DNA of 64,000 nt from Candidatus Saccharimonadales bacterium. Its GTDB lineage: Bacteria; Patescibacteriota; Saccharimonadia; Saccharimonadales; CAIOMD01. Location of the stretch: positions 11,897-75,896 of the forward strand of contig JAXLZY010000001.1 of assembly GCA_046350635.1 (NCBI GenBank), given 5' to 3'. Under the pieces are notes generated by a model that saw nothing but the letters and a program-made list of their open reading frames with translations, made no database searches and was not told the DNA's origin. A program made the position numbers and the translations under genes. This document shows, piece after piece, positions 53,421 through 63,892 of the stretch. Each line of letters begins with the position of its first letter. Positions within the stretch are counted from its first letter, which is position 1.

Positions 53421-53861
53421 TTAAAATGGGATCTCTGATAGGTCGATAGGTTCATCACTGATGTCTTCTATGACGACATCTTTGTTCTTGGTATCATTGC
53501 TCGCTGCCGGTGCTGGTGCATCACCTTCACCACGGCCGCCTAAGAAGGTTACGTCTTGGGCAACGACTTCAACTTTGCTACGCTTTTGGCCATCTTGTTC
53601 CCAGCTTCGGCTTTGTAAACGTCCGCTTACGAGCACAGGGCGACCTTTAGTTACGTATTGTGATACACGCTCGCCGAGTGGGCCCCACGCTGTTACATCA
53701 ACGTAATCAGTTGCCTCTTGCCAGTTGCCATCAGAACCCTTGTAGCTACGGTTAAGTGCCAAGCTAAAGCTACAAACACTTTGGCCGTTTGGTGTGCTAC
53801 GCAGTTCTGGGTCGCGTGTTAAGTTACCCATTAATACCACCTGATTAAAACTTCGTGCCAT
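53421..53861 (-). CDS. ssb: Single-stranded DNA-binding protein
   Basis: OB-fold N-terminus NQVVLMGNLTRDPELR and an acidic tail ending IPF. Confidence 0.9.
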   Translation of the reverse strand: MARSFNQVVLMGNLTRDPELRSTPNGQSVCSFSLALNRSYKGSDGNWQEATDYVDVTAWGPLGERVSQYVTKGRPVLVSGRLQSRSWEQDGQKRSKVEVVAQDVTFLGGRGEGDAPAPAASNDTKNKDVVIEDISDEPIDLSEIPF

Positions 53862-53890
53862 GTCAAAATCCCTCGCTTATTAGTACTATC

Positions 53891-54268
53891 TTATTCTTCT
53901 GATTCGTCTTTGTCTGCTTTTTCTTCGCGAGCAGCTTGCTTTTTAGCGCGAGCAGCACGGAATGCTTCTGCCTTGGCGATAGCCTTGGTATCTGGCTTGG
54001 TAATCAAAAAGCGGATTACTTCGTCGGTAATGTTTAGGATGCCTTCAACCTTTTTAACAGCATCTGCTGGCATTTCGACTGTATAAAATACGTATACAGC
54101 GTGGTCGTGACCCTTAATTTTATAGGCAAGTTTGCGCTTACCCCAGTTGTCGTCGCCTGTAATCTTACCAACGTTGTCGGTAATAATTTTGGTGACTTTT
54201 TGAGCTGCTTTATCAAGATCAATTTCTAGATCTGGATGGTACAGCACGGCAATCTCGTAATTTAGCAC
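53891..54268 (-). CDS. rpsF: 30S ribosomal protein S6 (GTG start)
   Basis: LNYEIAVLYHPDLE..WGKRKLAYKIKGH..YVFY. It is the first gene of the rpsF-ssb-rpsR operon. Confidence 0.9.
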   Translation of the reverse strand: MLNYEIAVLYHPDLEIDLDKAAQKVTKIITDNVGKITGDDNWGKRKLAYKIKGHDHAVYVFYTVEMPADAVKKVEGILNITDEVIRFLITKPDTKAIAKAEAFRAARAKKQAAREEKADKDESEE

Positions 54269-54363
54269 GAGTACTCCTTCCGTTAGATTCCGGCTACCTC
54301 CCCGAGTGGTGATAACCTGAAAGATTAATAACTAGCAAAGTATATCGTATTCACCCCTGTTAG

Positions 54364-55434
54364 TCAAGCAGTGATAGATAAGCCTGGATGGCGCTGGGCA
54401 ACCACTGAACGATCATGGAAACGAGTAACGGTTGAGGCTGTCGCAATTCCACCTAATTCTTGACCACTATAATAATCTTTGATCATATTCATAAAGCGTT
54501 GCGATACGTCGTGAGCTATCGTTATTTGCCGTGTAGTTGCAGTGCCAGATTCTACTGCGGCAATTGCATGAAACGTATCGAGCGGGTCATTTTTGTCATC
54601 GCACAGGTGCATCTTACCGCGTACGATTAGTGCTAAATATCGTTTCCTATCCCGAAGGCTTGCTTTGGCTTTAACTTCTACCGGTACAACACTCTGCACT
54701 TCACCACCACGCCGCCTTACAACCAGCAAATCGTGGGTTTGTTCAGGGTGATAGTAACCGCTGTCAGCCCGTGCAATAGTTGGCAACGCAAACCAATCTT
54801 TTGATTGCACACGATTTAGTGCTAGCAACGCGTTACATTCGTGGACAAACCCAACATGGTCAGCATATCGCTCAACATCCATATCTGCCTTCGCACGCTC
54901 TAACTGTTCTGCATTGGCGCGCGCAACCTCAAGGCAATCAACATATGCATTCCGGCACATTTCTTCTGTCACGTGTCCTAAAATTAACCCTTCGAGCAAT
55001 GGCGTCACCGCGAGATCGAGGGCAATTCTGTAGGGTGCTGAGTGCTCTACCAAATGAGGTTTCTCTGTTTTATTAAATGCCAATTGTGTTTCAATTGCTT
55101 TTTCCCAGCAAACGATTCCTTGCTGTAAAAGATGTAGCCTTTGGCTGGTTGGCCAAGCGCCGACAATGGCAGCTTCTGCTGCAGCCCAGCCGGCCGCACT
55201 AAGATACCGAGGCATCGTTTCATTTTTTAGGCTATCGTGAATGCGATACAGCTCTTCGGCACCCTCGGCATCAAGCCATACCTTCTGCATGCGTAGGTAT
55301 GATTCGTAACTATTATTGGGCTGAATTAAAATACCGCCATCTGGTGGCGGTATTTGATCTTGTTGCTCAAAAAAACGTGCGCGTAGTTCAGTATCAAATG
55401 CATCGATACCGGGCTGAACCTGCGCTTCTGCCAT
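54364..55434 (-). CDS. Hypothetical protein with a C-terminal PD-(D/E)xK nuclease-like motif
   Basis: Track ORF 54364..55476. The start is moved to MAEAQV, which is preceded by AGGAGGG. The motif is ..THDLLVV..(13 aa)..VPVEVKAKAS. Confidence 0.45.
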   Translation of the reverse strand: MAEAQVQPGIDAFDTELRARFFEQQDQIPPPDGGILIQPNNSYESYLRMQKVWLDAEGAEELYRIHDSLKNETMPRYLSAAGWAAAEAAIVGAWPTSQRLHLLQQGIVCWEKAIETQLAFNKTEKPHLVEHSAPYRIALDLAVTPLLEGLILGHVTEEMCRNAYVDCLEVARANAEQLERAKADMDVERYADHVGFVHECNALLALNRVQSKDWFALPTIARADSGYYHPEQTHDLLVVRRRGGEVQSVVPVEVKAKASLRDRKRYLALIVRGKMHLCDDKNDPLDTFHAIAAVESGTATTRQITIAHDVSQRFMNMIKDYYSGQELGGIATASTVTRFHDRSVVAQRHPGLSITA

Positions 55435-55516
55435 AAACCCTCCTGTTTGGTTTTTATTTTTATGGCTCTTAAGCACATGCTATCGAACTGCTTGAAAAAG
55501 CGCAAGCAATTTATGG

Positions 55517-57760
55517 CTAATTTGTCAGATATTCGTCGCGTGGGTCGTCTGATACCGGAATTTTTGTAGGGCCGTCGTCATCGTCGCCACCAAACACTTC
55601 GTCTAAGCTACGTACAAGCACCTCACGAGGTCGTGCGCCATCTGCTGGCCCAATCACTCCGCGTTCTTCCATTTCATCGATAATACGACTGGCACGGCCA
55701 TAACCGATGCGTAAGCGGCGCTGTAGCAAGCTAGTGCTTGCCTTGCCACTTTCGATAACGACGCGCACAGCGTCTTGCCACATATCATCGTCACCATCAC
55801 CAGCGCCACCACCGTGTTCAACGACAACGCCACCCTTGCCGTTTAACTGTACTGGCATGCTAACAACTTCGTCATCGTATTGAGGTTCACGTTGTTCACG
55901 CAAGAAATCAGTTACTTTGGTAATTTCATCACCATCAATGAGTGCACCTTGCACACGAATTGGCTTACCCATTTCGGTTGTTTTATAGAGCATATCACCC
56001 ATACCAAGGAGCTTGTCTGCACCCGCTTGGTCAATAATAGTTTTTGAATCGACAAAACTTACGACCGTAAAGGCAATGCGTGATGGTACATTGGCTTTAA
56101 TAAGTCCAGTGATAACATCGACACTTGGGCGCTGTGTAGCAAGAACTAAATGAATACCTGCAGCGCGAGCTTTTTGGGCGATGCGAACAATTAAGGCTTC
56201 GACATCACGGGCTGCGACCATCATAAGGTCAGCCAGCTCGTCGATAACAATCACAATATAAGGCATACCTTCTTCTTTTTTGTAATCATTGTATTCAGCG
56301 ATGTTACGCTTACCTTCTTGAGAGAAGGTGCGCAAGCGTCGTTCCATTTCGGCCACCGCCCATTTAAGTGCACTAATAGTCTTTTCGGGTTCGGTAATAA
56401 CCGGTGTTAACAAGTGCGGAATATTGTTATAGGGCGTTAATTCAACCTGCTTAGGGTCAACTAAAATAAGCTTTAAGTCGCTGGGGCTGTTGCGGTACAG
56501 CAAACTCGTTAAGAGCGTGTTAATCATCACTGACTTACCAGAGCCAGTTTGACCCGCAATAAGTAAGTGAGGCATTTTTTCGAGCGCACCAACCACGGCA
56601 GTACCCGAGATGTCCTTACCGATGGCAAACGGTAGGTGTGATTTAGTAGTCACCCACTCTTTAGAGCTAATAATACTCGCCATACGTACCGTGGCAGGCT
56701 TGTAATTTGGTACTTCAATACCAACTGCACGCTTACCGGGAATCGGCGCTTCTATACGAATAGCCTCGGCAGCAAGTTCGTAGGCAATGTTTGGTTCGTA
56801 CGATGCAATCTTGCTCAGTTTTTGACCCGACGAAGGCTTAAGTGTGTACTGTGTAACGCGTGGGCCAATATTGGCGCCTTCCATTTCAGCCTGAATACCA
56901 AAATCCGCCAAAGTACTTTTAATGGTTTCTGCATTGGCTTCTACATCACCTGGGTCAGCTTTATCTTGCTTTTGGTTAAGCAAATTAACACCCGGGAACT
57001 TCCAGTTTGGATCACTTGCGGCTGTAAGTGCAGCGTGGTCTTCGTTAACGGTCAGTTTCGCAGCGCTATTTTTGAGCGAGCTCATACGAGGAGCTGGTTT
57101 TTCATCTACCTTGTTGTGGTGCTCAATTGGCACGCCTTCGTGTAGCTGAAACTCGTGCTCTTTATCTTTCTTTTTGAGGTCAGCAAGGTCAGTGTCTTCT
57201 TGTTCTTTTCGTTTAAATGGCTTTGTTAAAAAGCGCCACATCTGACCTGGACTAATGCCGGCCATAATCATAAAAGCAATCCAGGCAAATACAAAAAAGA
57301 TAATGAACGCTGTCATGCTGTTCAAGAACACCAGTAAACCTTTGCTCGCTGCGTAGCCTATTTCACCGCCATAAGTACCATCACTTGCGGCCTTACCTGC
57401 TTCTTCTGGGTTCACAAATACGTGCATCATACCAGCCAAACACGCTACAAATAGTAATGTGCTTAGCAACTTTACGAACGGTATGATTTTTTCTTCGTGT
57501 TTGAGTTTATTAATTGCAAGGTATAGCAATACAAACGGCACTATAAAGGCAACAAGACCAACCAGCCAACTGGTGAGATCAAACAGCTTAACCGGCAGTG
57601 CTCCGCCCCACCCAAAACCGCCAAGCATCAAAAAGAGGCTTAAAACGATAAGGATAAACGCATATACTTGGCGCCAAAAATAATTGGACTTGGGCGACTC
57701 ATCAACGGCCTCTTTACGAGAGCGTCGGGCGCGAGCTGGAGCTTTTTTCTTTTTTGCCAT
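55517..57760 (-). CDS. ftsK: DNA translocase FtsK/SpoIIIE
   Basis: N-terminal TM helices, LLIAGQTGSGKSV Walker A, IVIDELADL, and a C-terminal gamma wHTH (ASTSLLQRRLRIGYGRASRIID). Confidence 0.9.
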   Translation of the reverse strand: MAKKKKAPARARRSRKEAVDESPKSNYFWRQVYAFILIVLSLFLMLGGFGWGGALPVKLFDLTSWLVGLVAFIVPFVLLYLAINKLKHEEKIIPFVKLLSTLLFVACLAGMMHVFVNPEEAGKAASDGTYGGEIGYAASKGLLVFLNSMTAFIIFFVFAWIAFMIMAGISPGQMWRFLTKPFKRKEQEDTDLADLKKKDKEHEFQLHEGVPIEHHNKVDEKPAPRMSSLKNSAAKLTVNEDHAALTAASDPNWKFPGVNLLNQKQDKADPGDVEANAETIKSTLADFGIQAEMEGANIGPRVTQYTLKPSSGQKLSKIASYEPNIAYELAAEAIRIEAPIPGKRAVGIEVPNYKPATVRMASIISSKEWVTTKSHLPFAIGKDISGTAVVGALEKMPHLLIAGQTGSGKSVMINTLLTSLLYRNSPSDLKLILVDPKQVELTPYNNIPHLLTPVITEPEKTISALKWAVAEMERRLRTFSQEGKRNIAEYNDYKKEEGMPYIVIVIDELADLMMVAARDVEALIVRIAQKARAAGIHLVLATQRPSVDVITGLIKANVPSRIAFTVVSFVDSKTIIDQAGADKLLGMGDMLYKTTEMGKPIRVQGALIDGDEITKVTDFLREQREPQYDDEVVSMPVQLNGKGGVVVEHGGGAGDGDDDMWQDAVRVVIESGKASTSLLQRRLRIGYGRASRIIDEMEERGVIGPADGARPREVLVRSLDEVFGGDDDDGPTKIPVSDDPRDEYLTN

Positions 57761-57847
57761 AACGGTTTTATTTTACACTACTTATCAGATATAAGTTAGC
57801 ATCTACTACCATTGTTATTATAGCACAATAATGTAATTTTGTCTACA

Positions 57848-59902
57848 TTAATCCGTGCGAGCGTCTTGGTTCAGTAGTTGTTGGCGAAGTTGCGCAAATC
57901 GACGTGCTTGATTAGCGGCTTCGTCACGAGCGGCTTCTTCTGGAGATTTGCCACTCTTGTTTTGCTTTTGCGGCGCATCGCCCGATTTACCCACTACATT
58001 AATAACAGGTATAACAATTGGTGAACGCTGAGTTTTTTCGTATAAGAAGTGTGTTACGTGTTCTTTGATTTCTTGCTTAAAGCGATCAAGATCAACACGC
58101 TTAAACCGCTGTTGAACGGCACGGCGAAGTTCGTTACGAAGTTCGTTCATGAGCTCCTCGTTATCGCGCATATATATAAAGCCACGGCTGATAATGTCTG
58201 GGCTCGTTAGGCTCATACCTGTTTTACGGTCAACCGTAAGTACGACTGCAACTATACCATCCTGGGCCATCATAATTCGATCTTTGACAACCACGTTACT
58301 TACAATCGCACCGGTTTGGTCAACTAAGACGGTACCGTGAGGCACCTGGCCAAGATGTTCCATTTTGTCACCGGTAAATGCCAAAACATCACCGTTTTCG
58401 GCATTGTAGGTATTCTTACGTGGTATTCCTTCTTCGACTGCTATTTCGATATGACGTTGCTTAGAACGGTATGAGCCATAAATTGGTACAAAGAAACGAG
58501 GTTTAATAATGTTTATCATTTCGCGGTATTCTTCGATACTCGCGTGGCCTGATACGTGGAGTGGACCAACGCCATCAAGGTCATGAGTCACATGTTGGAA
58601 CACGTGTACTTGCTTGCGCAGTAAATCGTCAACCATAGCGCCAATGAGCGCATCATTCCCGGTTTCTGGGATAGGTGTCGAACTTAAGACAACCGTATCT
58701 TGAGGTTTCATCTTGATATGACGGTGGTCACCTGTACTCATACGCATAAGCGCAGAGCTCGGTTCGCCCTGTCCACCGGTACAGATAACAATTACCTTGT
58801 CATCGGGCAATGTATTAGCGCTTGCGATTGGCACAAAGGTTCCTTTAGGCACTTTAACAAAGCCGTGGCGAACTGCCATTTCGAGTGTACTCATCATGCT
58901 ACGGCCATCGAGTGCAATTTTACGCCCATGGTGGACGGCAGCATTAATAATCATTTGGATACGGTTAATGTTGGTTGAGAACACGGCCACAAATACGCGA
59001 CCTGGTGATTGCTCAAGAATTTGAATGTAGCTAGATTCAATGGTGCTTTCACTTGGGGTGCGACCAGCACGTTCGGTTGTAGTACTTTCTGATAGCAATA
59101 CTAAAACGCCTTCGTTACCAAGTTCTTTGAGGCGATCCATGTCGGTTCTTTCGTGGTCGAGTGGCTCTGGGTCAAACCTAAAGTCACCAGTGTTAATGAC
59201 ACGACCAACGGGTGTATCAACCACGACAACAGTTGAGCCCGGGATTGAGTGCGTTACGCGTACGAGTTCAACGAAAAAGCTACCTACCTTAAGGCGTTCG
59301 TGCGTGTTTTCGTTCATAACAATAGTCTGAAGTTCAAAGCCTTCGGGCATTGGTAAGCCAAAGTTTTCAAAAATTTCCTCGACACGACCAATCGTAAACT
59401 TACTACCGTAAACGGGTGCTGGGATTTTTGGAATAATGTGCGGTAAGCCACCGATGTGGTCAAGGTGACCATGGGTAATTACATAAGCACGGAGCTTATG
59501 ACGGATTGACTCTAGGTAGCTCACGTCAGCAATGCCGTAGTTAATACCTGGCAAATCAACACCAAGGTCGTTACCCGCGTCAATCACGATTGCATCGTTT
59601 TGGTATTCCAGTAGCATCATGTTCTTTGAGCCACCGCCATCCATACCACCAAGTCCAATTATTTTAAGTTGCGGTGAATCATCAATCACATTAGCTCTTT
59701 TTTCGAGCTTTGTTGCTGATGCGTCTAGGTATTCGTTTGCTAGTTTATTTGCCATTTCTGAATTACGCTTTTGGGCGCGAATAGCCGCCCCACGCGATAC
59801 AGTGCGGGCTGGTGCAGTTTGTTGCTGCTGTTGGCCACGTTGTTTCTGGCCATTTTGTTTTGGCCGAGCTTGTGGCTTAGGCCTATTTTGTTGTGGAGTC
59901 AT
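57848..59902 (-). CDS. rnj: Ribonuclease J
   Basis: Beta-CASP metallo-beta-lactamase with THGHLDHIGG and HVSGHAS. It has a Gln/Arg-rich N-terminal extension of about 60 aa. Confidence 0.85.
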   Translation of the reverse strand: MTPQQNRPKPQARPKQNGQKQRGQQQQQTAPARTVSRGAAIRAQKRNSEMANKLANEYLDASATKLEKRANVIDDSPQLKIIGLGGMDGGGSKNMMLLEYQNDAIVIDAGNDLGVDLPGINYGIADVSYLESIRHKLRAYVITHGHLDHIGGLPHIIPKIPAPVYGSKFTIGRVEEIFENFGLPMPEGFELQTIVMNENTHERLKVGSFFVELVRVTHSIPGSTVVVVDTPVGRVINTGDFRFDPEPLDHERTDMDRLKELGNEGVLVLLSESTTTERAGRTPSESTIESSYIQILEQSPGRVFVAVFSTNINRIQMIINAAVHHGRKIALDGRSMMSTLEMAVRHGFVKVPKGTFVPIASANTLPDDKVIVICTGGQGEPSSALMRMSTGDHRHIKMKPQDTVVLSSTPIPETGNDALIGAMVDDLLRKQVHVFQHVTHDLDGVGPLHVSGHASIEEYREMINIIKPRFFVPIYGSYRSKQRHIEIAVEEGIPRKNTYNAENGDVLAFTGDKMEHLGQVPHGTVLVDQTGAIVSNVVVKDRIMMAQDGIVAVVLTVDRKTGMSLTSPDIISRGFIYMRDNEELMNELRNELRRAVQQRFKRVDLDRFKQEIKEHVTHFLYEKTQRSPIVIPVINVVGKSGDAPQKQNKSGKSPEEAARDEAANQARRFAQLRQQLLNQDARTD

Positions 59903-59929
59903 ATAGTTACTATCTTCCTTCTCTTTAAT

Positions 59930-60502
59930 TTATTTAGATTCTCTTATTACTTTTAAAATTTCGGGGATACGACTGAAATCATCAATGAGTGTTTGTCGCA
60001 TGCCACCGTTATAGAGTGCCGCTGCTGGATGGAACAGTGGTAAATACACTAATCCATTCTTCCTTTTTGGCTCTCCGTGAACCTGACTAATTTGTAAATT
60101 TGGCAAAAAGCAGTTCATACTATGCCGCCCGAGGGTTACAACTAACAGTGGTTGAATGACTGCGAGCTGTTGCTCTAGATAGGGCAAAAAAGCTGCTTTT
60201 TCATCTGGGAGTGGATCACGATTATTGGGCGGACGATACTTTACGATGTTCGTAATGTACACTTGCTCGCGCTTTAAATTAATCGTTGCAAGCATTTCGC
60301 TCAAAAACTTGCCACTCGCTCCGACAAATGGTAACCCTTGTTCATCTTCCTGCCTACCGGGCGCTTCGCCGATAAAAACAATATCTGCATCAGGGTTGCC
60401 ATCTCCAAAAACAAGGTTCTTGGCCTGCTCGGCCAAATGGTCGCAGATATTATTGGTAATAATATCTGCTTTGATTTGGTCAAGAGACGATTGTTTGTTC
60501 AA
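59930..60502 (-). CDS. Uracil-DNA glycosylase, family 4
   Basis: GEAPGRQEDEQGLPFVGASGKFL and HPAA motifs. Confidence 0.8.
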   Translation of the reverse strand: MNKQSSLDQIKADIITNNICDHLAEQAKNLVFGDGNPDADIVFIGEAPGRQEDEQGLPFVGASGKFLSEMLATINLKREQVYITNIVKYRPPNNRDPLPDEKAAFLPYLEQQLAVIQPLLVVTLGRHSMNCFLPNLQISQVHGEPKRKNGLVYLPLFHPAAALYNGGMRQTLIDDFSRIPEILKVIRESK

Positions 60503-60548
60503 ATCTTGGTACCTTGTATGGTGCTCTCATTAGCTGAGAGCAGACTTA

Positions 60549-62666
60549 CTATTTAGCTTTTTTCATGCTGAGGTTTAATCGGCCACGATCGTCAATCGCC
60601 ACTAACTTAACCTTCACCTTGTCACCCTCTTTAACAACATCACTTGGGTGTTCAACTCGTTCTTCTGCCATTTCGCTAACATGAACCATACCATCAACAC
60701 CGGGCATAATGTTCACAAATGCACCAAAGTCCATAATTTTCACGACAGTACCGTCATAGACCTTACCTACTTCAGGTTCTTCAGTTAGGCTTTCAATCCA
60801 CTTACGGGTTGCATCAATGCTTGCCTTATCTGGGCTGGCGATAAAGACCGTTCCATCATCTTTAATATCGATATCGGCACCGGTTTCGGCAATAATCTTG
60901 TTAATCGTTTCGCCACCCTTACCAATCACATCGCGAATCTTATCTGGGTTGATGTGCATGCTTTCAACACGTGGTGCGTACGGGCTGAGTTCTTTGTTTG
61001 GCGCGCTAATAGTGCTAAGCATGTGCTCTAAAATGTGTGCGCGACCTTCTTTAGCTTGCGTGAGCGCGGCTGCTAAAACTTTTGGTTCAAGGCCATGGAC
61101 TTTCATATCCATCTGTAGGGCTGTAATACCTTTTTCGGTACCAGTGACTTTAAAGTCCATATCACCGGCAAAATCTTCGGCATCGGCAATATCACTTAAA
61201 ATATATGGCTTGTTGCCTTCCATCATAAGTCCCATTGCAATACCACTGACAGGTCGCTTAAGAGGTACACCAGCGTCCATAAGCGCCAAACAGCTGCTAC
61301 AAGTTGCTGCCATACTGGTTGAACCGTTTTGACTCATAATTTCGGTAACGCTACGAATAGCATATGGGAACTCTTCTTCGCTTGGCAAAACTGCTGTTAA
61401 GGCGCGTTCTGCAAGGTAGCCATGGCCAATTTCTCGGCGGCCTGGACTACCAAGACGACGAACCTCACCAACGGTGTAGCCTGGGGCATTGTAGTGGTGC
61501 ATATAGCGTCGCTCGTGGTCTTTTTCCATAGTATCTACCAGTTGTGCATAGCTAAGCGGAGCAAGTGTAACGATGTTTAAGGCCTGGGTCATACCGCGAG
61601 TAAAGATACTGCTACCATGCACTCGTGGTAGTAAACCAACTTGGCTACTTAATGGGCGGATTTCGGTTAGTTTGCGACCATCAGGGCGAACACCATCCTT
61701 TAAAATTCCGGCGCGTACGTCTTTGTGGAGTGCCAGCGTAAAGGCTTCATCATATTCGGTTTTAAGGTCGGCATATACTTCTTCGCCATACTTTTCTTGT
61801 AGTGATTCGTGGAACTGCTGTCGAAGAGCATTAACAAGGTCGTTGCGTTCTGGGTAAGCAGCGCGAATGTTTTCGCCAAACTTACCTTCTACCCATGCAT
61901 CAACTTCTTTTTGAACTTCTTCGTTTGGCAAATCAAGCTCAAATTCTTGTTCGGTAACGCCAACTTTTTTAACAAGTTCTTGCTGAACTTTAATTGCAGG
62001 TTGCATGGCTTTGTACGCCCATTCAATGGCATCGGCTACGGTTTGTTCTGATACTTCACTCGCACCAGCCTCAACCATCATGACACCGTGTTCGGTACCG
62101 GCTACAACTAAGTCAAGCTCGCCTTCGTCGTACTCTTTACCTGGTAGGAATGCGTCAAACGTACCGTCTTTGAGTCCAACGCGTAAACCAGCTACTGGGC
62201 CATCAAACGGTGCACCGGTAAGGCTAAAGGCGGCGCTCATCGCAATCATGGCAATAACATCTGGCCTAAAGGTAGGGTCAAGACTTAATACGGTTGCAAC
62301 ACCCTGGGCTTCGTGGCGATAGCCTTTTGGCCATAACGGGCGGATTGGGCGGTCGATTAAACGACCAATCAAAATTGCGTCGTCACTAGGGCGACCTTCG
62401 CGCTTAATAAAACGGCTGCCACTAATTTTGCCAGCTGCATACATTTTTTCTTCGTAGTCGATACTAAGCGGGAAGTAATCCATGCCACTAAGGCGATTTG
62501 GGCTGACCATAGCGGTGCCAAGGACGACGGTTTCACCGTACGTTACAAGTACTGATGCGCTGGTTCGAAACCCGACGCGGTTAATTTCTAGTTTTAATGT
62601 GCGGCCAAAAAACTCCGTTTCGACGGTTACAAGCTTTTTGCCGTATGGGTTAATGATATCTCCCAT
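60549..62666 (-). CDS. pnp: Polyribonucleotide nucleotidyltransferase (PNPase)
   Basis: Two RNase PH domains, a KH domain (IRDVIGKGGETINKI) and an S1 domain (GKVYDGTVVKIMDFGAFV). Confidence 0.9.
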   Translation of the reverse strand: MGDIINPYGKKLVTVETEFFGRTLKLEINRVGFRTSASVLVTYGETVVLGTAMVSPNRLSGMDYFPLSIDYEEKMYAAGKISGSRFIKREGRPSDDAILIGRLIDRPIRPLWPKGYRHEAQGVATVLSLDPTFRPDVIAMIAMSAAFSLTGAPFDGPVAGLRVGLKDGTFDAFLPGKEYDEGELDLVVAGTEHGVMMVEAGASEVSEQTVADAIEWAYKAMQPAIKVQQELVKKVGVTEQEFELDLPNEEVQKEVDAWVEGKFGENIRAAYPERNDLVNALRQQFHESLQEKYGEEVYADLKTEYDEAFTLALHKDVRAGILKDGVRPDGRKLTEIRPLSSQVGLLPRVHGSSIFTRGMTQALNIVTLAPLSYAQLVDTMEKDHERRYMHHYNAPGYTVGEVRRLGSPGRREIGHGYLAERALTAVLPSEEEFPYAIRSVTEIMSQNGSTSMAATCSSCLALMDAGVPLKRPVSGIAMGLMMEGNKPYILSDIADAEDFAGDMDFKVTGTEKGITALQMDMKVHGLEPKVLAAALTQAKEGRAHILEHMLSTISAPNKELSPYAPRVESMHINPDKIRDVIGKGGETINKIIAETGADIDIKDDGTVFIASPDKASIDATRKWIESLTEEPEVGKVYDGTVVKIMDFGAFVNIMPGVDGMVHVSEMAEERVEHPSDVVKEGDKVKVKLVAIDDRGRLNLSMKKAK

Positions 62667-62880
62667 GTGGTTTTATCCTTTCTGTAGTCAACGTGACAGG
62701 GTTCAGATATAGGTGAACGCATGCGTCCAGGTATAGCTGTGCTCTGTCACCTTGCCTTTTATGTTGTGCCCTTAATACCTATTATAGCAAGTAACCCTGG
62801 CTTCTGGTTATGCCTTTTACTTGGGGTTAACGCGCTAGTTCTTGGTACTAACAATAGTACGAACAACTAGAGAGTTAACC

Positions 62881-63147
62881 CTAGCGGCGAATGCCAAGTT
62901 TTGCGATAAGTTCAAGATACGCTTTGCTGTCTTGTTCCGCCAAGTACTTCAAAAGGCGCTTGCGCTTGCCAACAAGCTGCAATAGACCACGGCGAGCCAT
63001 GTAATCATGCTTGTTTTCCTTGAGGTGCTCGGTGATTTCAGCAATGCGAGCAGTCAGAATGCTAACCTGTACTTCTGGAGAACCAGTGTCGGTTTTGCTT
63101 GTCTGATGAGTCTTGATAAGCTCTGCTTTTTTAGCGGTTGAAATCAT
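62881..63147 (-). CDS. rpsO: 30S ribosomal protein S15
   Basis: Track ORF 62881..63186, trimmed to MISTAKKAELIK.. The sequence GSPEVQVSILTARI..HLKENKHDYMARRGLL is a typical S15. Confidence 0.85.
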   Translation of the reverse strand: MISTAKKAELIKTHQTSKTDTGSPEVQVSILTARIAEITEHLKENKHDYMARRGLLQLVGKRKRLLKYLAEQDSKAYLELIAKLGIRR

Positions 63148-63175
63148 ACAAGGACATAGTTTACCAGATATGTAC

Positions 63176-63868
63176 TCAGTTTTCAAGCGTTACGAGATTT
63201 TGCTCGATTGTTGCATACATTATGTCTGCGAGCGGTACGGCATTTTCGATACTAAAGTCACCTATACTGGTACGTCTAAGGTTGCTCATATAGGCACCAG
63301 TTTCAAGCATGTTACCGATGTCTTCTACTAGGCTACGGATATACGTACCGCTACCTACTTCGCTCGTAAACCGCACGTATGGGTACTCGTATGATACGAG
63401 TTCGTTTTTATAAATAGTCACCTGTCGGGGCTCAATTACAACTTCTTTGCCTTTGCGCGCTAAATTGTATGCGCGCTGGCCGTTAACTTTTATGGCACTA
63501 AATGCCGGTGGAGTTTGCATAATCTGCCCCGTAAAGGCTTGTAGGGCGTCAGCAACCGCTTGTTCGGTCGGTTGAGTGTTAGACACAGCAGTGATTTCGC
63601 CCTCTTTGTCACCGGTCGTGGATGTTTCGCCTAACTTCATAGTTACTTCGTAGGTTTTATCTTGTTTGAGTAGTTCGGGCACTCGTTTAGTGTATGTACC
63701 AATTGCGAGTACTAACAACCCAGTAGCGGCTGGGTCTAAGGTGCCAGTATGGCCTACCTTAATGTTTTTAATCCCAAAATGTGCCCTTAGCACGCCACGA
63801 ACTTTGGCAACAACGCCAAAACTACTAACACCAGCTGGTTTATCAACTAAAAGTAAGCCTTCTATCAC
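63176..63868 (-). CDS. truB: tRNA pseudouridine(55) synthase
   Basis: GLLLVDKPAGVSSF, HTGTLDPAATG (catalytic Asp). The track ORF extends to 63925, but GTG at 63868 avoids overlapping the divergent gene. The start is uncertain. Confidence 0.8.
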   Translation of the reverse strand: MIEGLLLVDKPAGVSSFGVVAKVRGVLRAHFGIKNIKVGHTGTLDPAATGLLVLAIGTYTKRVPELLKQDKTYEVTMKLGETSTTGDKEGEITAVSNTQPTEQAVADALQAFTGQIMQTPPAFSAIKVNGQRAYNLARKGKEVVIEPRQVTIYKNELVSYEYPYVRFTSEVGSGTYIRSLVEDIGNMLETGAYMSNLRRTSIGDFSIENAVPLADIMYATIEQNLVTLEN

Positions 63869-63892
63869 CAGGGCATTGTACAATAAACTGAT

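Noticed and set aside
1434-62712. Many antisense or shadow ORFs inside long genes (for example 1434..1865, 5253..5609, 5766..6140, 20592..20897, 29568..29939, 33097..33519, 34134..34517, 38721..38966, 49783..49974, 60817..61332, 62005..62322).
   Set aside because: Each is fully contained in a longer ORF on the opposite strand or in another frame that has clear family motifs. I treat them as non-coding.
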